Position numbers and translations under genes: made by a program. A stretch of 64,000 nucleotides of DNA from Felis catus (Eukaryota): NCBI RefSeq assembly GCF_018350175.1, contig NC_058368.1:163124001-163188000 (forward strand). Reading direction: 5' to 3'. This document shows positions 50,205 through 63,089 of this stretch, piece after piece. Each line of letters opens with the position of its first letter. Position 1 is the stretch's first letter. The notes below the pieces were generated by a model. It ran no database searches. It worked only from the letters and a program-made list of their open reading frames with translations, and had not been told where the DNA came from.

Positions 50205-50990
50205 AATGAAATCGGTGTAAGCATTTTGGAAAACAATTTGGCATTACCTGGTAGAGCTCATGGCCCAGTGATTCTGCTCCTTGGTATAGTCCCTAAAGAA
50301 ACTTCACATATGCACCAAAAACATGCATATGAATGTTTGCTGCAGTATTATTTATATTAGTAAAATCCTGGAAACCTCTCAAATATTCATCAACAGTAGA
50401 ATAAATGCACTGTGGCATATTCATAAAGAGCAATGACAACGAGGGAACTAAAGCTCCATCAACACGTAAATACCACCAAAACATAATTTGAATGGGAAAA
50501 ATAATTCACAAGAGAATTTTATATATTTGTTAATGTGTGTGTGTATATTTTTAAAAATATATTTATATATTCATGTGCCTGTACATAGATTCTCTTGTGG
50601 GAATTTTACTTATTATCTTGTTTATTATATATACACATTTATATATATATAGTTGTATGTGTATACATGTATAAATTCTCTTGTGAATTGTTTGTGAATT
50701 TTTATAATTTCACAAACATATAAGACAACCATATTTTTGTTTAGGAATGCATAAAAATGTGGGAAACATATAAGGGATGGTAAGGGAATGATAATAAAGT
50801 TCAAGATATTATTTACCTCTGGGGAAAAGAGCATATGACTGAGGAGGGAGGGTCTTTCTGAGGTTTTGGCAACACTATTTCTTTAACTGCATGTATATCT
50901 GAGTTTATTTTGTTATTATTTAACAGTGTAGCTATATTTTATATACCCTTAAGTAGTTGTGATATATTTCACAAGTTGAAAACAAATATT
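50205..50990 (+). mobile_element. Ancient L1ME-like 3' fragment
   Basis: ttttggaaaacaatttggcatta...cccagtgattctgctccttggtata...aaatattcatcaacagtagaata. Confidence 0.7.
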
Positions 50991-51433
50991 AAGGATTTGA
51001 TCTTGGGTGGTCACAGTGGCCATACAAAGAAATACACGTGTGGTGACATTCACTGCTCATTTGTAAGATTACAACAAGAGTTAATTTTGTACTACTAACA
51101 CTAGTGCTGAGGATAAACTATGCAAACCAACAATGCACTAAAACTATGACTTAGATTTGGAATGAAAGAATAGCAATTCTGGAAGTCTATTGCGTATGGT
51201 TTTTGACAAAGGGTAGCATGGTAGAGGGGAAAGAAGTCGTGAACTGTTGAGGCATGCTTGAATGGTGTCATCCACTCTGAAGTATAACGTGATAAGGCTC
51301 CCCTAACATGAGCTGCAACATGTTGGCCTTCCATCTCACCAATTCCATACCCATTGTTGATTCCTGGCTAATTGTGAAAGTTCTCTTTCACTTTTCCAAA
51401 AATATTTGTGAAAAATGAAGACTTATGTCTCCC

Positions 51434-52381
51434 TGTGATACTATGATTTACTATATGCATATGGTCCTTCAGATGACCAGAATACATTTCTCATACGTAT
51501 GTACGTGGTCTTCATTCAGTTCCTGGCTCATAGCTCCCCAAATCCTCAGAATTTTCTGAGCAATAACAGCAGTGGGAGCATCTTTTATTATATTATTTGG
51601 TCTCTTGCCTTCAGTTTCTGAAAATGCTTCAAAGCCATAAAGGTAGAATGGGTGTGTTGTTACTCATAACCAGCCCCTTTTTACACAACTGGGTTTATGC
51701 TAATGCAGTGACTTTTGGAAAGCACCTAAGGATGGGGCTGGTTGCCAGAAGAACCAACCATGATTAGAGGTCTGGAATTTTCAGTCCCACTCCTTGATTT
51801 CTGGGAGGTTAAAGGGGCTGGATATTGAAGGGTCATCAATGAGCAACTAGTTAACTCAGTCATGCCTATGTAATGAAGCCTCTATAAAAACCCAAAAGGA
51901 GGGGGTTGAGAGAACTTCCTGGTTGGGGAATCAGAATGTTTCCTTCTGCCACCGTGCCAGGCCCAAGCTCCGTGAGGACAGAAGCTCCTTTGTTTGGGAC
52001 TCACCGTATATACCTCTTCATCAGGCTGTTGATTTGTATTTTTTAATATCCTTTGTAATAAATCAGTGATCTAGTGACTAAATGGGTTTCCTGAGTTCTA
52101 GCAAATTAAGTGAGTCCAAGGTGGGGGTCAGGGGAACCTCTGATTTATAGACATTTGGTCAGAAGTACAGGTAAGAATCTGAGCTTGTGATTGGAACCTG
52201 AAGTGGAGGGTGGTCCTGTGAGAATGCACGCTTTATTTTTGGAATCTGATGTTATCTCCAGGTAGATAGTGTCAGAATTGAGTTGAACTGAGTTGAATTC
52301 TCACACACTTCCTGAGAATCGTTTGTTGGTATGGGGCAGAGTCCACATACACAAGTTGGACTAGGAGTCCAGGAACTAACA
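51434..52381 (+). mobile_element. MER21-like solo LTR
   Basis: TGT...ACA; ggggctggttgccagaagaaccaaccatgattagagg; TATAAAA 51883; AATAAA 52057; ggtagatagtgtcagaattgag. Confidence 0.8.
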
Positions 52382-52521
52382 TACTATTTCTTACTCTCCC
52401 TCCCTTTTATCTTACTTTCATCACCCAATATTTATTCAAACTAAATGTCAATTCCATGCAAAGTACTGGGAGCCAGAGGTAAAGAGGCATGGGTCGTAGC
52501 TTTCATTCAAGATATAGTGGA

Positions 52522-53108
52522 TGCATTGCTTTTCAATAATTGTTGTAACAAATTACCACAAACTTAGCATCTTGAAACACAAAATTATTTTTATCTTATA
52601 GATTTATGGGTCAGAAGTGCCAAGCGGGTCTCACTAAACTAAAACCAAAGTGTGGCAAGGCTGAGTTCCTTTTTGGAGGCTCACGGGAGCATCGACATTC
52701 TTGCTCACCTAGATTATTGACAGACTTCAGTTTCTTGGGGTTATAGGACTGAAGATCCTTTTTCCTTGCTGGCTGTTGGCTGGGGCTCATTCCCAGCTTC
52801 TAAATCCATGTGCACTCTTTGGCTTATAGCCCTCTTTGTCTCCAAAGTCAGAAAGGCAGTTAAGTCTTTGTCATGTCTTATCTCTCTGGCCTCTTCTCCC
52901 ATCATTGAATCTCTCTGATGAACTCTCTTGCCTTCCTTATCCACTTTGAAGGACTCATGTGATTGGACTGGGCCAACCCAGATACTCCAGGAAAATCTCC
53001 CTGTCTTAGTCATATCTGCAAAGTCTCTTGCCATGTAAAGTAACATGGTCACAGGCTCCAGGGATCAGGATGTGGACATCTCTGGAAGCCATTATTCTGC
53101 CTACCACA
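52522..53108 (-). mobile_element. MLT1D/E-like MaLR LTR
   Basis: tgtaacaaattaccacaaacttagc...aaggactcatgtgattggactgggcc...gccattattctgcctaccaca. Confidence 0.85.
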
Positions 53109-54367
53109 TTGGATTTTTTTTTAAATTATAAAATGAAAACCAAAGCCACATAATTATTAATGTGTGGCCATGGAGTGGTGGTTAATAGTGCAGCCATGGT
53201 AACAAAGGATAAGAACTATCATTTGCTTCAGCACATTTTTCTATTTTTTTTTCCTGGGAAGACAGAAAGATGCCACAGGTGAGGAGCACAGCGCAGTGCC
53301 TGACACATAGTAAGCCTTCAACAAATAAGAGATCTCATGTGACCCAAATGCTGTCAATAATCCCATCCTCAGATGCCTTCTTTTTAATATTCAAACAGTT
53401 AACCAGTCCTCCACCTAGCTGGACTGATAGGAAGGGCTGCCTTTTACTATATTTCCCATCCCAGACAACTTAAGGGTCATAAGTGTTTCACCATCAGGCA
53501 CCGTTACCCTGGGCTGCTCTGAAGGTCACAACACCATCATTTCCCTCTCCTGCAGCTGTTACAGATGTCTCTCATAGAGCTTCCCTAAGCATTAACCCAT
53601 ATCTTTCCCTTCATTCTCCAAAACTCAGCAAAGTCAGCATGGTGAGATGAGAAAATGGATGGACTGCAGACAGGGAAACTTATCATTGAATCCATTATCT
53701 GTATCCCTATACAACCATCTTGCTACCGACCATCTGCTGTTGACTGCTTTGCTTCTGGGACCAAAGTGGCTGCCAATGACCAGAGTAGACTGTGACCAAT
53801 CCCTCTATACGTGCTTCAGGTATTCAGGCATTCAGTGTCTCGGGTGTCCTTTCCTGAGAAGAGTCAGGCCTTGATCTCAGGAGAGTAAAAATACCCACTA
53901 ATGCCTCCTCCCAACAGAAAACCCTTCCACAAAGGGCAGGAGCAGAGTGCCTGCTTGCCCAAGCCTCAAGAAAAAGCAGGCATTTAAAAATATGTACTTG
54001 TTTTTTGTAGCCATCAATATTTCAGAAATATAGGGGACTAATCCCAAAGCACTTCCTTGAGTGAACTTTTGCTTTTTTTTCTTTTTCCATAAAATAATCT
54101 TATGTTATTTTTGAAGAAACTTGAAGTTTAGGCCAACCTCTCACTATGTACTGGAAAAAGGACAGAGAGATGAAGTGACGTGCATGTGACACAACTCATC
54201 AGCAATAAATGCACAATAAGGAGAATCAGGTATTCTGACCTCCTGTATGCTATTTTGAAAAGCTTTTTTTGGTTCATGATAAAAACAAAAAAAAGTAACA
54301 CCCATATGTGGTTCTCTTGCTGCTAAATAGGACTGGAAATTTTGTCATTCTTTACATATCCAGGATT

Positions 54368-54405
<38 letters not shown>

Positions 54406-54406
54406 G
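54368..54406. repeat. (TTG)13 microsatellite
   Basis: directly visible. Confidence 0.97.
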
Positions 54407-54682
54407 AAAACAAATCTCCATTGCCATCCCACTAAGAACCTAAAATAGAGAGGCAAATTTACAGGTGTAAAATGAAAAGAAAATACAAATATGAGAAAGA
54501 AAACTGTGAAGCAAATTTACTTCATTTTCAGTTTTAAAGTCACTGAAAAGAAACAGGATGCTATGACAAAGGATGTAGATTATGCCTTTTGAAAATAACA
54601 TTGGTCACTTTTTAACAATAAATGTATTACATGTTATTTTGGAAAGTCCGGAAAAGTATAAACCTTTTTAAAAAATTCAACA

Positions 54683-54907
54683 GGGGCGCCTGGGTGGCGC
54701 AGTCGGTTAAGCGTCCGACTTCAGCCGGGTCACGATCTCGCCGACCGTGAGTTCGAGCCCCGCGTCGGGCTCTGGGCTGATGGCTCAGAGCCTGGAGCCT
54801 GCTTCCGATTCTGTGTCTCCCTCTCTCTCTGCCCCTCCCCCGTTCATGCTCTGTCTCTCTCTGTCCCCCCAAAAATAAATAAACGTTGAAAAAAAAATTT
54901 TTTTTTT
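54683..54907 (+). mobile_element. Young SINEC_Fc-type copy
   Basis: CpG-rich; TSD aattcaaca at 54674-54682 and 54908-54916. Confidence 0.97.
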
Positions 54908-56025
54908 AATTCAACAAAATTGAGGTCACATACGCAAATAATTTCAAAGAATCTATCAGTCCTTCTAATTTCCTTTACATGTACTAATAACCATTTGTAT
55001 ATTTTCTACTTGAAAAATATGGGGGATTACCACTTTCTATCAGCAAATCAAGTAAGTCCATTTGGTGATAAATTAACTGAATTTCTTATTTAAAAAAATC
55101 TAAGCTCATGGAGCATTGTTGGAGTCATTGATTTGCAGAAATTTCTAGTGACTCAGTGGCTATTCTAGCCTTCATCTCTGCCATACCACCTTTATAAACT
55201 GCTAGTAGTCACTCCAGATAAGGTAATGAAGGAAAGCAGTAGCAACTCAGATTTAACTTGACCTTGTAATCTCTACTGCCGAAACACTATTAACTCATTC
55301 ACCTTCTCCAATATATCAATTTTCTATCAACTGATTTCTTTCTTATATCCCCTTTTCCCACCTTGCTGTCTCTTATCCAAGCATGCTAAATTGTATGAAG
55401 AGAGCTTTTATGGCTTAAATACGATATTGTATATAAAACCTATCAGGTATTCTCTTTCAGGTTAGATTATTTTCATTCCATAAGCATATTCAAAATATTA
55501 ACTACTTACGTGAAATTGCCAGAAGCATTTTGACACTCCGTTTTCAGAATCAAATATTTCTTTCTTCATTAATGCTGAATCTACATAAAACTGATGATCC
55601 TGGTTGTTCTCGTAATGATTTTGTTTCTAAACCTTGGACTTTATAGAAATAATTAATTATAGCATGTATCCGTTTTTTAAAGGCTAAATTGGATAATGGT
55701 TTAATAGCTCAAGGAGATTACTTGTGGGAATTTAAGACTTACAAGATTCGGTTTTCCGCAAGTCTATTTTCCAACAGTGATCCATGGCTTTGATTCCAGT
55801 TACAAATCACCAAAACCAGGGTATGTGATGCACTTTCATTGTGAGCTAGCCTCGCTATCTTAGCCAAAAAGTTAGGTAGAGAGAACATAATTTGGTAAGG
55901 AAAACTTACCTTGTCAAACCAAATTAACAACTTTCGTGATTTAAAAAAAAAAAAAAAAAGTAAAAAAGTGCACCCAATTGGTAGGTCAGTTCGTATTAAA
56001 TAGTATATTAAAAAAGAATAGCTTT

Positions 56026-56251
56026 GGGGCGCCTGGGTGGCGCAGTCGGTTAAGCCTCCGACTTCAGCCAGGTCACGATCTCGCGGTCCGTGAGTTCGAG
56101 CCCCGCGTCGGGCTCTGGGCTGATGGCTCAGAGCCTGGAGCCTGTTTCCCATTCTGTGTCTCCCTCTCTCTCTGCCCTTCCCCCGTTCATGCTCTGTCTC
56201 TCTCTGTCCCAAAAATAAATAAAAAAACGTGGAAAAAAAAATTAAAAAAAA
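56026..56251 (+). mobile_element. Young SINEC_Fc-type copy
   Basis: TSD aaaaaagaatagcttt at 56010-56025 and 56252-56267. Confidence 0.97.
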
Positions 56252-56297
56252 AAAAAAGAATAGCTTTATTTTTATTTGCTACGTGTTCACATGCTGC

Positions 56298-56469
56298 CAG
56301 TGGCTGCCCTGAGTGCAAATAAAAACCACCTAGGGAATTAAAGGAATACCTATCCTCGGGCTCTACCCCCCATGGAGTCTTGATTATTTGGTTGAGGCAG
56401 GCTTGAGACATCAGGATTTTTAAAGCTCCCCAGATAATTTTAATATGCAGTCAGGATTGAGAATCACTA
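56298..56469. mobile_element. MER5A-like hAT MITE
   Basis: cagtgg...atttttaaagctccccagataattttaatatgcagtcaggattgagaatcact. Confidence 0.8.
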
Positions 56470-59400
56470 TGTCTAGCCAATAAGACTGAAATGTATTTTC
56501 CTCCCCAAATAAGGGGATTCTATGAAATTAGAGGTACCAGTTCCTGGGGAACGTGGGATATATGAATCATAATTAGGCCTTCTAAGTGTCAACCACAGTC
56601 TGGGCAGAGAACACCTGTTGAGCCAAGGATTAGAAATGAATGATGCCCTTTGTACTGCAATGATAATACATTCTACTCTCTGGGAAGCTATTAAGATATT
56701 CCTCTTAAGAATTTTTTTTAAAATCTATTTTAAAGTGTCACAAGTAATATGGGTATTCAAGAAGGCTCTGTGTACTTAACCTGGCAGGGATTTCTGAAAA
56801 ATATTTTGGTATTTTATTTATGTGTGCATCATGCAGTGAAAGAGGGGAGAATGGGAGTTTGCCTGAGAAAAGAAAAAGAGAAAAAGGTTTTATATTTGCA
56901 TTACATCAAGGAAGTTTGACTTGGCCTAACTATCTCTTATTGCACTTTTCAAATCTTGAGGTCTATTTGATGCATAAATTTCATAAGAATCAAGCCTCAT
57001 TTAAATGATAATTTATGTCCTTAGAATGCCATTTCCAGCCTTGTTCTTCTGCACACCCCTGGAGCTGATCAGAGTGTGGTGATTCCTTTGTTTTCAAAGG
57101 AAACTTCATGTTCACATTCTCTCTACAGGGGTTAGTAGAGGAAGACAAGAAAATAGCTCCATAGTGTTTCTGCCAGTTTATGAAGAAAATTTTCCCTCCT
57201 ACATATATCATGGTACATAATTGAATTAGTACTCCAGTAGGAAAGGGTTTGCTATTTCATACTCCTATAGTTTTTTCTTAACACCATGAAATTAAAGACA
57301 TGCCAGCATGAAGCTGCATATTCCTGATCACTTTCAAATAAGCAATGTAGTATATTATTTCTTTTATGTGCTTTTATAGCACATGCTGTGCAAGATAATT
57401 GACTCCATGACAGATGTCTGTATTTCAGAGGAAAATTTATTTGTGAAAGAACACACATATATTACTTTAACATGGCTCTATTCTTTATGTGGTCCACAAG
57501 GTGCTTTTTGATGACTTGTAAATTGAAATTAATATTTTCTCTTGCCATTCTGTATATGCATAAGCAAATTTGACTGTTTGATATAACCAATTTGAAGCTT
57601 ATTCTACTACTGAATATAACCCTCTGTTCTCAATCAAGGTTGGGTGCTCTTAGATCTTATTGGAAGAGCTGCAGAATGTAGAAGGATGCAGTTTTCTTTC
57701 TTTTCAGAGAAGCCCGTAGGCCTGCACATTCACCAACCGTCCAGGATAACTTCTGTCCATTGGACCTGTCTTTACAATGAAATGACTACCAGAAAGATCT
57801 AAAAGAGTACAGGAAAGATTTTCCATGGATCTCCTTTTATTCTGTCACTTCTGCTCAAAATGTCACTCTTTCCCACGACAAACACTGGTAGGCAACAGCA
57901 TCTGAAGTCCCTAACACTTTTCTGTGAGGTGGATTGGCTTGGAGAACTGGCAATATTGGGTGGATGAGGCTGCTGCGAAGGCAAATCGAAGCAGGAGAGG
58001 TTTAAGGAGGACATGCCCATCTCAGTGTACTTTGTAATACTTCCTGAGACCAATTCTCCTTCCTGTAAATAAACTCTCCCATTCTTTTTGGCTACAAGAA
58101 TTTTCCTAGGGAAAAAAAACTGGACCCTTTATCCCCATCAGCTGGCTGGACACTTTTTGCCATAGGATTGTACCATATATATATAAGATCAAAATAACTA
58201 ATAGGTATAGAGGGATTACCATATTCAGAAACGATGCAAGTTTAATAAGACTCCATTTCAGAGATGGTTTTTCTTTTAATGAGAAGAGAGGAAGAAACTT
58301 CTTATTAGGGCAGGTCCCTTCTAGCCTCTGGGACTTTTAATGGCTTAGCCTTTTGTGCACTAGCAGAAATGAAGAAAGGAGATTTCATAGTTGAAACTGA
58401 GGTAGCCTTTACAATAGTAACAGTGGGACACCAGGGATGGTTCTGTAATGGCACTTCTACAGGGCAAAGCTCAGGGGAGGTGGAGCCCTGAGGCCAGGAG
58501 AAAAGAATCTTCTCACCTACAAAGTGGGGGTGGTTGGCTCTCTTCCATAAGTTGGTGCTAAGCTTGTGTGTGCTCGGTGGCTGGACTGCACACAGACTGG
58601 AACGTTCTGAGGCTGTGATGTCTGACTTCTGAGCTTGGGGGGGACTTCCTCAGGCAGACTGGCTCTGTGCCAGGGCAGGTGAAGCTGTGGCTGTGCCCAC
58701 CCTCTCGAGACTGTGAGAGAGGGTTGCCATCAGGTAAAATAGAAAGCGCTGTCCCAGCCATTCTCTTATCTTGGAAAGGAAAATTATCTCGACATAAAAA
58801 TACACCGAATTGAACTTAAAAATAACAACCACCATAGTCTTAGGACTTTCATCCCTCCCCACTTCTTTTCTCATCAAAAGAGACTTCTTAGTTCAAGGGA
58901 GGGTTCCAAGTGTTTGTTTCAGTAAATAACCCAGGCCAGGAGGGAGGGATAAGTGAGTTAGAGGATGCCTAAGGCAGAAGAACAGCCAGGCCAGCTGTAA
59001 ACCTGACCCAGCTGTTTCCTTGTATCTCCTCAATGACCCATCACTTCCCAGGATGAATTACTCATCTTTGGCCAAGAGCTAGAGGGGTTATCAGACTTCC
59101 CAGGAATTTAGGAGGGAAGTGGAGCTGGTGAAGGCATGCTCTAGGTCCTGAAGTTTATCCGTGACTCCACTGCTCTCTGGGAATTCTGTTGGAGATGGTC
59201 CAAATTTTCCAATCTGTCTACTGCAAGCATTGATGCTTTCCCAAGGGAGAAATGGATTTTCTTTCTTGGAGTTGCCCTATGGCTGGAGGGCTTTGCTTTC
59301 TGCCTTACAGCCTATCTCCTGAGTTTTCATTCGGTTTGCATTTTCCTTCCCTGCCCTCAGTCCACCGGCTTATTTTTCTTCCTCTTCACCGTTTCTCCTC

Positions 59401-60669
59401 CCAGTTTGCTCTTCGCTCCCCAATCCCCCAACTCTCCCCGCCCCTCCCCCCCAAGACCCCAGGAGGATCTGCTATTTGAAGAACCAGCTGGAATGGGAGA
59501 GGCTGGGAGAAGACAGAGCGGGATTTAGGGAGATGAGAAACGGCTGGCGCTGGGGAGGGAAAAAGCACGGCGCATGTACCCAAGAGCTCACCTGTAATGG
59601 GATACAGAAAGTGGCAGACACGGCCCTCGAATTGTACGCGTATTAATTTGTCTGTGGGATCAGTAACGCTCAGCATGTCACCTCATGGGTACAGAACCTT
59701 CCCGCCGAAACTACCCGGATCCTCGGCACCCTGTTTCCTCCTGCTTTGAGGTGAGGCCCGGAGGGAGTTGGCTCCTTAGTTCCTTGCCCGCCCGCACTTT
59801 AGGGGAGAAGTGGTCAAGAGAGTGCGCGCTGGGCGCGCTGCAGGATTAAGATTTGGGCGGGGCGGAGGACGTGCAGACCTAAGTGGAAGCCAGGCTAGGA
59901 AAGGGGGTGCCCCTAGGCCTGGGGTGCGGGCAGGAAAGGGCTGCGAAGACATGAGCGAGGAACCTGAACTCAGGGACGGGGTTAGGGTGTGTGTGTGACT
60001 AGAAACCGCACCTTCTCCGCAGGTTCAACCCCCGGTGCCCGGTCTGCTAGTTGGCTACCCTCTCTGTGCCAGAGTTCCCAGCCCCAGGCAGGAGCGAGGG
60101 GGGTGGGGGGGATGGGGGGGGAGGGGGTGGGGAGGGGTCCTCGGTTCCCTCGGGAAATGTCCTCCCAGCCCCTCGCTGGGCGGAGGGAGAGTCGGACATT
60201 TTCCTCGGCCTCTTTCCGGGCAGCCGGCGTGGCCACCTCGCAGGGCTGCTTTTAAGGGACACGGGACTCGGGCGGAGCAAAAGGAGACTTTCAGGCCCGC
60301 CCTTCACCCCCTGCCCAGGCTCAAGAACGAGCCCCAGCTCTTGCCCACCTCCTGCCCTCACGTAAGTGCAAACACCCAGGACGAGCGATCCCCGCAGGGA
60401 AACCCCGGCAAGCTGCGCGCGACCAGGAGGTGACTCTGCGGGGACCTCGTTCCCAGCCCCCGCGGCCCCCCGCCCGAGGGGGCAGGGGCGGAGCGCAGGC
60501 GGGCCCGGGGGCGGCCGGGAACCGCGGAGCCGCCCCGGGGGAGGGACTGCGAGCTGTCCCCGGGAGGGGAGGGCGAGCGGCGGACCGGGCTGGGCCCCGC
60601 GCGCGCCAGGAGGAAGGAGCCCCCGCCACCGCGGCCGCCGCGTGCTTAGGCTGTCCCCGCCCAGGGAGC

Positions 60670-60762
60670 CGGAGCCTCCCAACTAACTCCGCCCGCCGCG
60701 CCCGTCGCTTCGCCGCCGGCAGGCTCTGGCTTCCGTCCCGGACTGTGCCCACGGCCGCGCAG
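60670..60762 (+). other. Putative non-coding first exon (start approximate)
   Basis: follows GC boxes, no ATG, ends at donor-like CAG|GTTGGT (60763-60768); downstream sequence looks intronic. Confidence 0.4.
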
Positions 60763-60768
60763 GTTGGT

Positions 60769-60804
60769 GCCGCCGCCGCCGCCGCCGCCGCCACCGCCAC
60801 CGCC
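60769..60804 (+). repeat. (GCC)8 followed by (ACCGCC)2
   Basis: directly visible. Confidence 0.95.
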
Positions 60805-63046
60805 GTGGGGCGGGCCGGGCGAGGCTGGGGTGGGAGCGCCGAGGGGGCTCGGAAGTTAGGCAGATGCTGGGGCCGGGGCGCCGACACTGCCCCCTCGGCG
60901 CCCGACGCGGTTGTTGATTTCCTCCTCGGCTGCGGGTCCCGGGGAAGCCAGCGCCTCGGCCGGGGAGGGTCGCCGGGACTGAGCCTTCCTCGCGCTCCCC
61001 TGGTCTCTCCCTGGCCGCCCCGCCCCGCCGCCTCGGCCTCGGCCGCTTCGAGAGGGGTCACCCCCTCCTGGCTCTCTCACCTTCGCACTTCTTGCACCCA
61101 TTAATTCGTACGCATTAATTCGTTCTTTCTGCCCCCAACTTCGGGAACTCTCGGTGCCGGTGAGAAAGCCTCCCTGGTTCCTGGCTTGCCCCTGAGACTA
61201 GTTTGGGGGGAAGCGGGGTGCGCCGCGCGGGGAGAGGGGCTGGAGCTGGGGAGCGACCTGGGGGGCTTGAGAACCGGCGGGGAAGTGCCGGGAAGCGGTG
61301 GAAATTCGCTCTCGCCCGTCGCGTCCTTGCCCAGCTCTGCCCTCCTTCCCGCCGTTCTGCCGGCCAGACTAGTGCGCCCGCCAAGGGTGATCGCAGAGGC
61401 GGGATGGAAATAGCCGCCACTTGGCGCTCAGTCGGGATTTCAGTCGGGTCTCGGTCATCCTCCTGTTTGCGTGGCCTTGGGACTCGACCCCTCGGCACTG
61501 GGTTGGTGTTTGCGAAACGTGCGTCTCCTCTGCCCACCGCGGAGGGTCGTTGTGAAGGTCCAGTGGGATGACTTAGGGGTGTTCCTCGACTTCGAGCCTT
61601 GTCGCCCGTCTCTCGGGAAGCTGCTGGATGGCGGGTCCTGTGTTCTAATCATTGGAGTTCAGGTGCTTCTGCTGAGATGTAATTATGTCTCTAGGTGGTT
61701 GGGCGTGTAGCTCTTCTGGGATAAAAGGCTCGTGTTTCCGGATCGGGTCAGGAGTGTTCAGGGTTGAAATCGTTTCTTCCCCACCGAACCCAAAGTACCA
61801 AGCTAGGGACCTTACATATATTTCTATGGCCATAGGAATTCAAACAGCGGAAGATCGTTACTGGCCTCGTTCTTTGTAAACGAGAATTGTGTGTGCTTCC
61901 GATGTTTGTCAACCTTTACAATCTCTTTTCCATCTGTACTGAAATTTAAATTTGCTAAAAATTCAGGAAGTAGACCTTTATTTTAGTAGGTAAGTTTAGC
62001 CATTTAGCTCAAAGAAACGATAGATACTCTATCGTTGGCAACTTTTCAGTTTAAAATCATAGGCACAAGAAGCATGGTTAGCACCATTCTAATTACTGTA
62101 TGAAGAAAGCAAGTAAATGGCCTAAGAAAGTCAGCTTTAGACTTGATATTAAATGGCTGAGTCCCACCATCCATGAATTCCTGATTTTGTAGACATTTCC
62201 TAAGTTCCTGTATTGTACAATACATGGTGATAGGTGCTTAAAAAGACAAATATACAATATATTCCTTGTCCTCAAGAGGCTTCCAGTCTAAATTAGAGAA
62301 TAATATTTTTACTTCCTATTTTTATATGAACATCGAATATATCCTAATACTACATACAGCAAGTAGAATGATATCAAGAATACATTATTGAAGGCCCTTT
62401 AAGATAATTAATTTGGTGAATCTACTTAATAGGTTGAAATAAAAAGTTTACCTAAGCCACTGTTTTCTGAAGTGAAATTTCAAATGTTATTTCACCAAAT
62501 GGGAGGCATTCTTTGTAATAAAATAAATTCTGTATTTTTAGAATGAAAACTCAGAAAAAGTATCCATGCATATATGATATGGTAATCAAATGTTAAAAGC
62601 TATAGAAAGTTCAATTCTAATTCAGCTCTCTTTAGTCAAGTCAATTTATGGTGCCCATATATGTTTTTTTCTCAGCTCTTTGAGAAAGGAAATTATAATG
62701 GCTAGAAAAAGTACAGAGATTGAATGTAATATTTTTAATAAATTGAAACTTGAACACTTAAAGGCCTATGGGCCCTGGATTGACTCTGGAAATTTGACTG
62801 AAACAGTTACAAGATTCTCAGAGGTTGTGTGTTTTTGTTTGTTTTGTTTTTGTTTTTCCTATTTTAAAAGAATTTAGCTTGGCACAAAGGATGGGCAAGA
62901 ATTCCGTCTGGAAAAGATTGACCAGGCTGTGTTGTATTTGGTGCAACATCAGTGACATCTCTGGTTCTTGTCAGTGAGGCAAGCCACCTTGAAGGGCATC
63001 CTGAGGGAGATGAAGTTAACTTTACACTTGGCCTTTTTGCTTAGCA

Positions 63047-63048
<2 letters not shown>

Positions 63049-63088
<40 letters not shown>
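63049..63088. repeat. T40 homopolymer
   Basis: directly visible. Confidence 0.95.

Positions 63089-63089
<1 letters not shown>

Larger units (their letters stand above)
59500..61760. promoter_or_regulatory. CpG island / probable promoter of an unidentified gene
   Basis: abrupt rise in GC and CpG, repeat-free, several GC boxes (e.g. GGGCGGGGCGG 59855-59865), kappaB-like GGGAAACCCC 60397-60406. Confidence 0.9.

Noticed and set aside
14323..56322. Recurrent similar ORFs (ETEHERGRGRERGRHRI..., VSDSVSPSLSAPPPFML...) looking like a gene family
   Set aside because: They are translations of SINEC_Fc copies
59810..61710. Long overlapping ORFs (up to 246 aa) on both strands of the CpG island
   Set aside because: Stop codons are rare in GC-rich DNA; the products are low-complexity Arg/Gly/Pro/Ala with no recognisable domain
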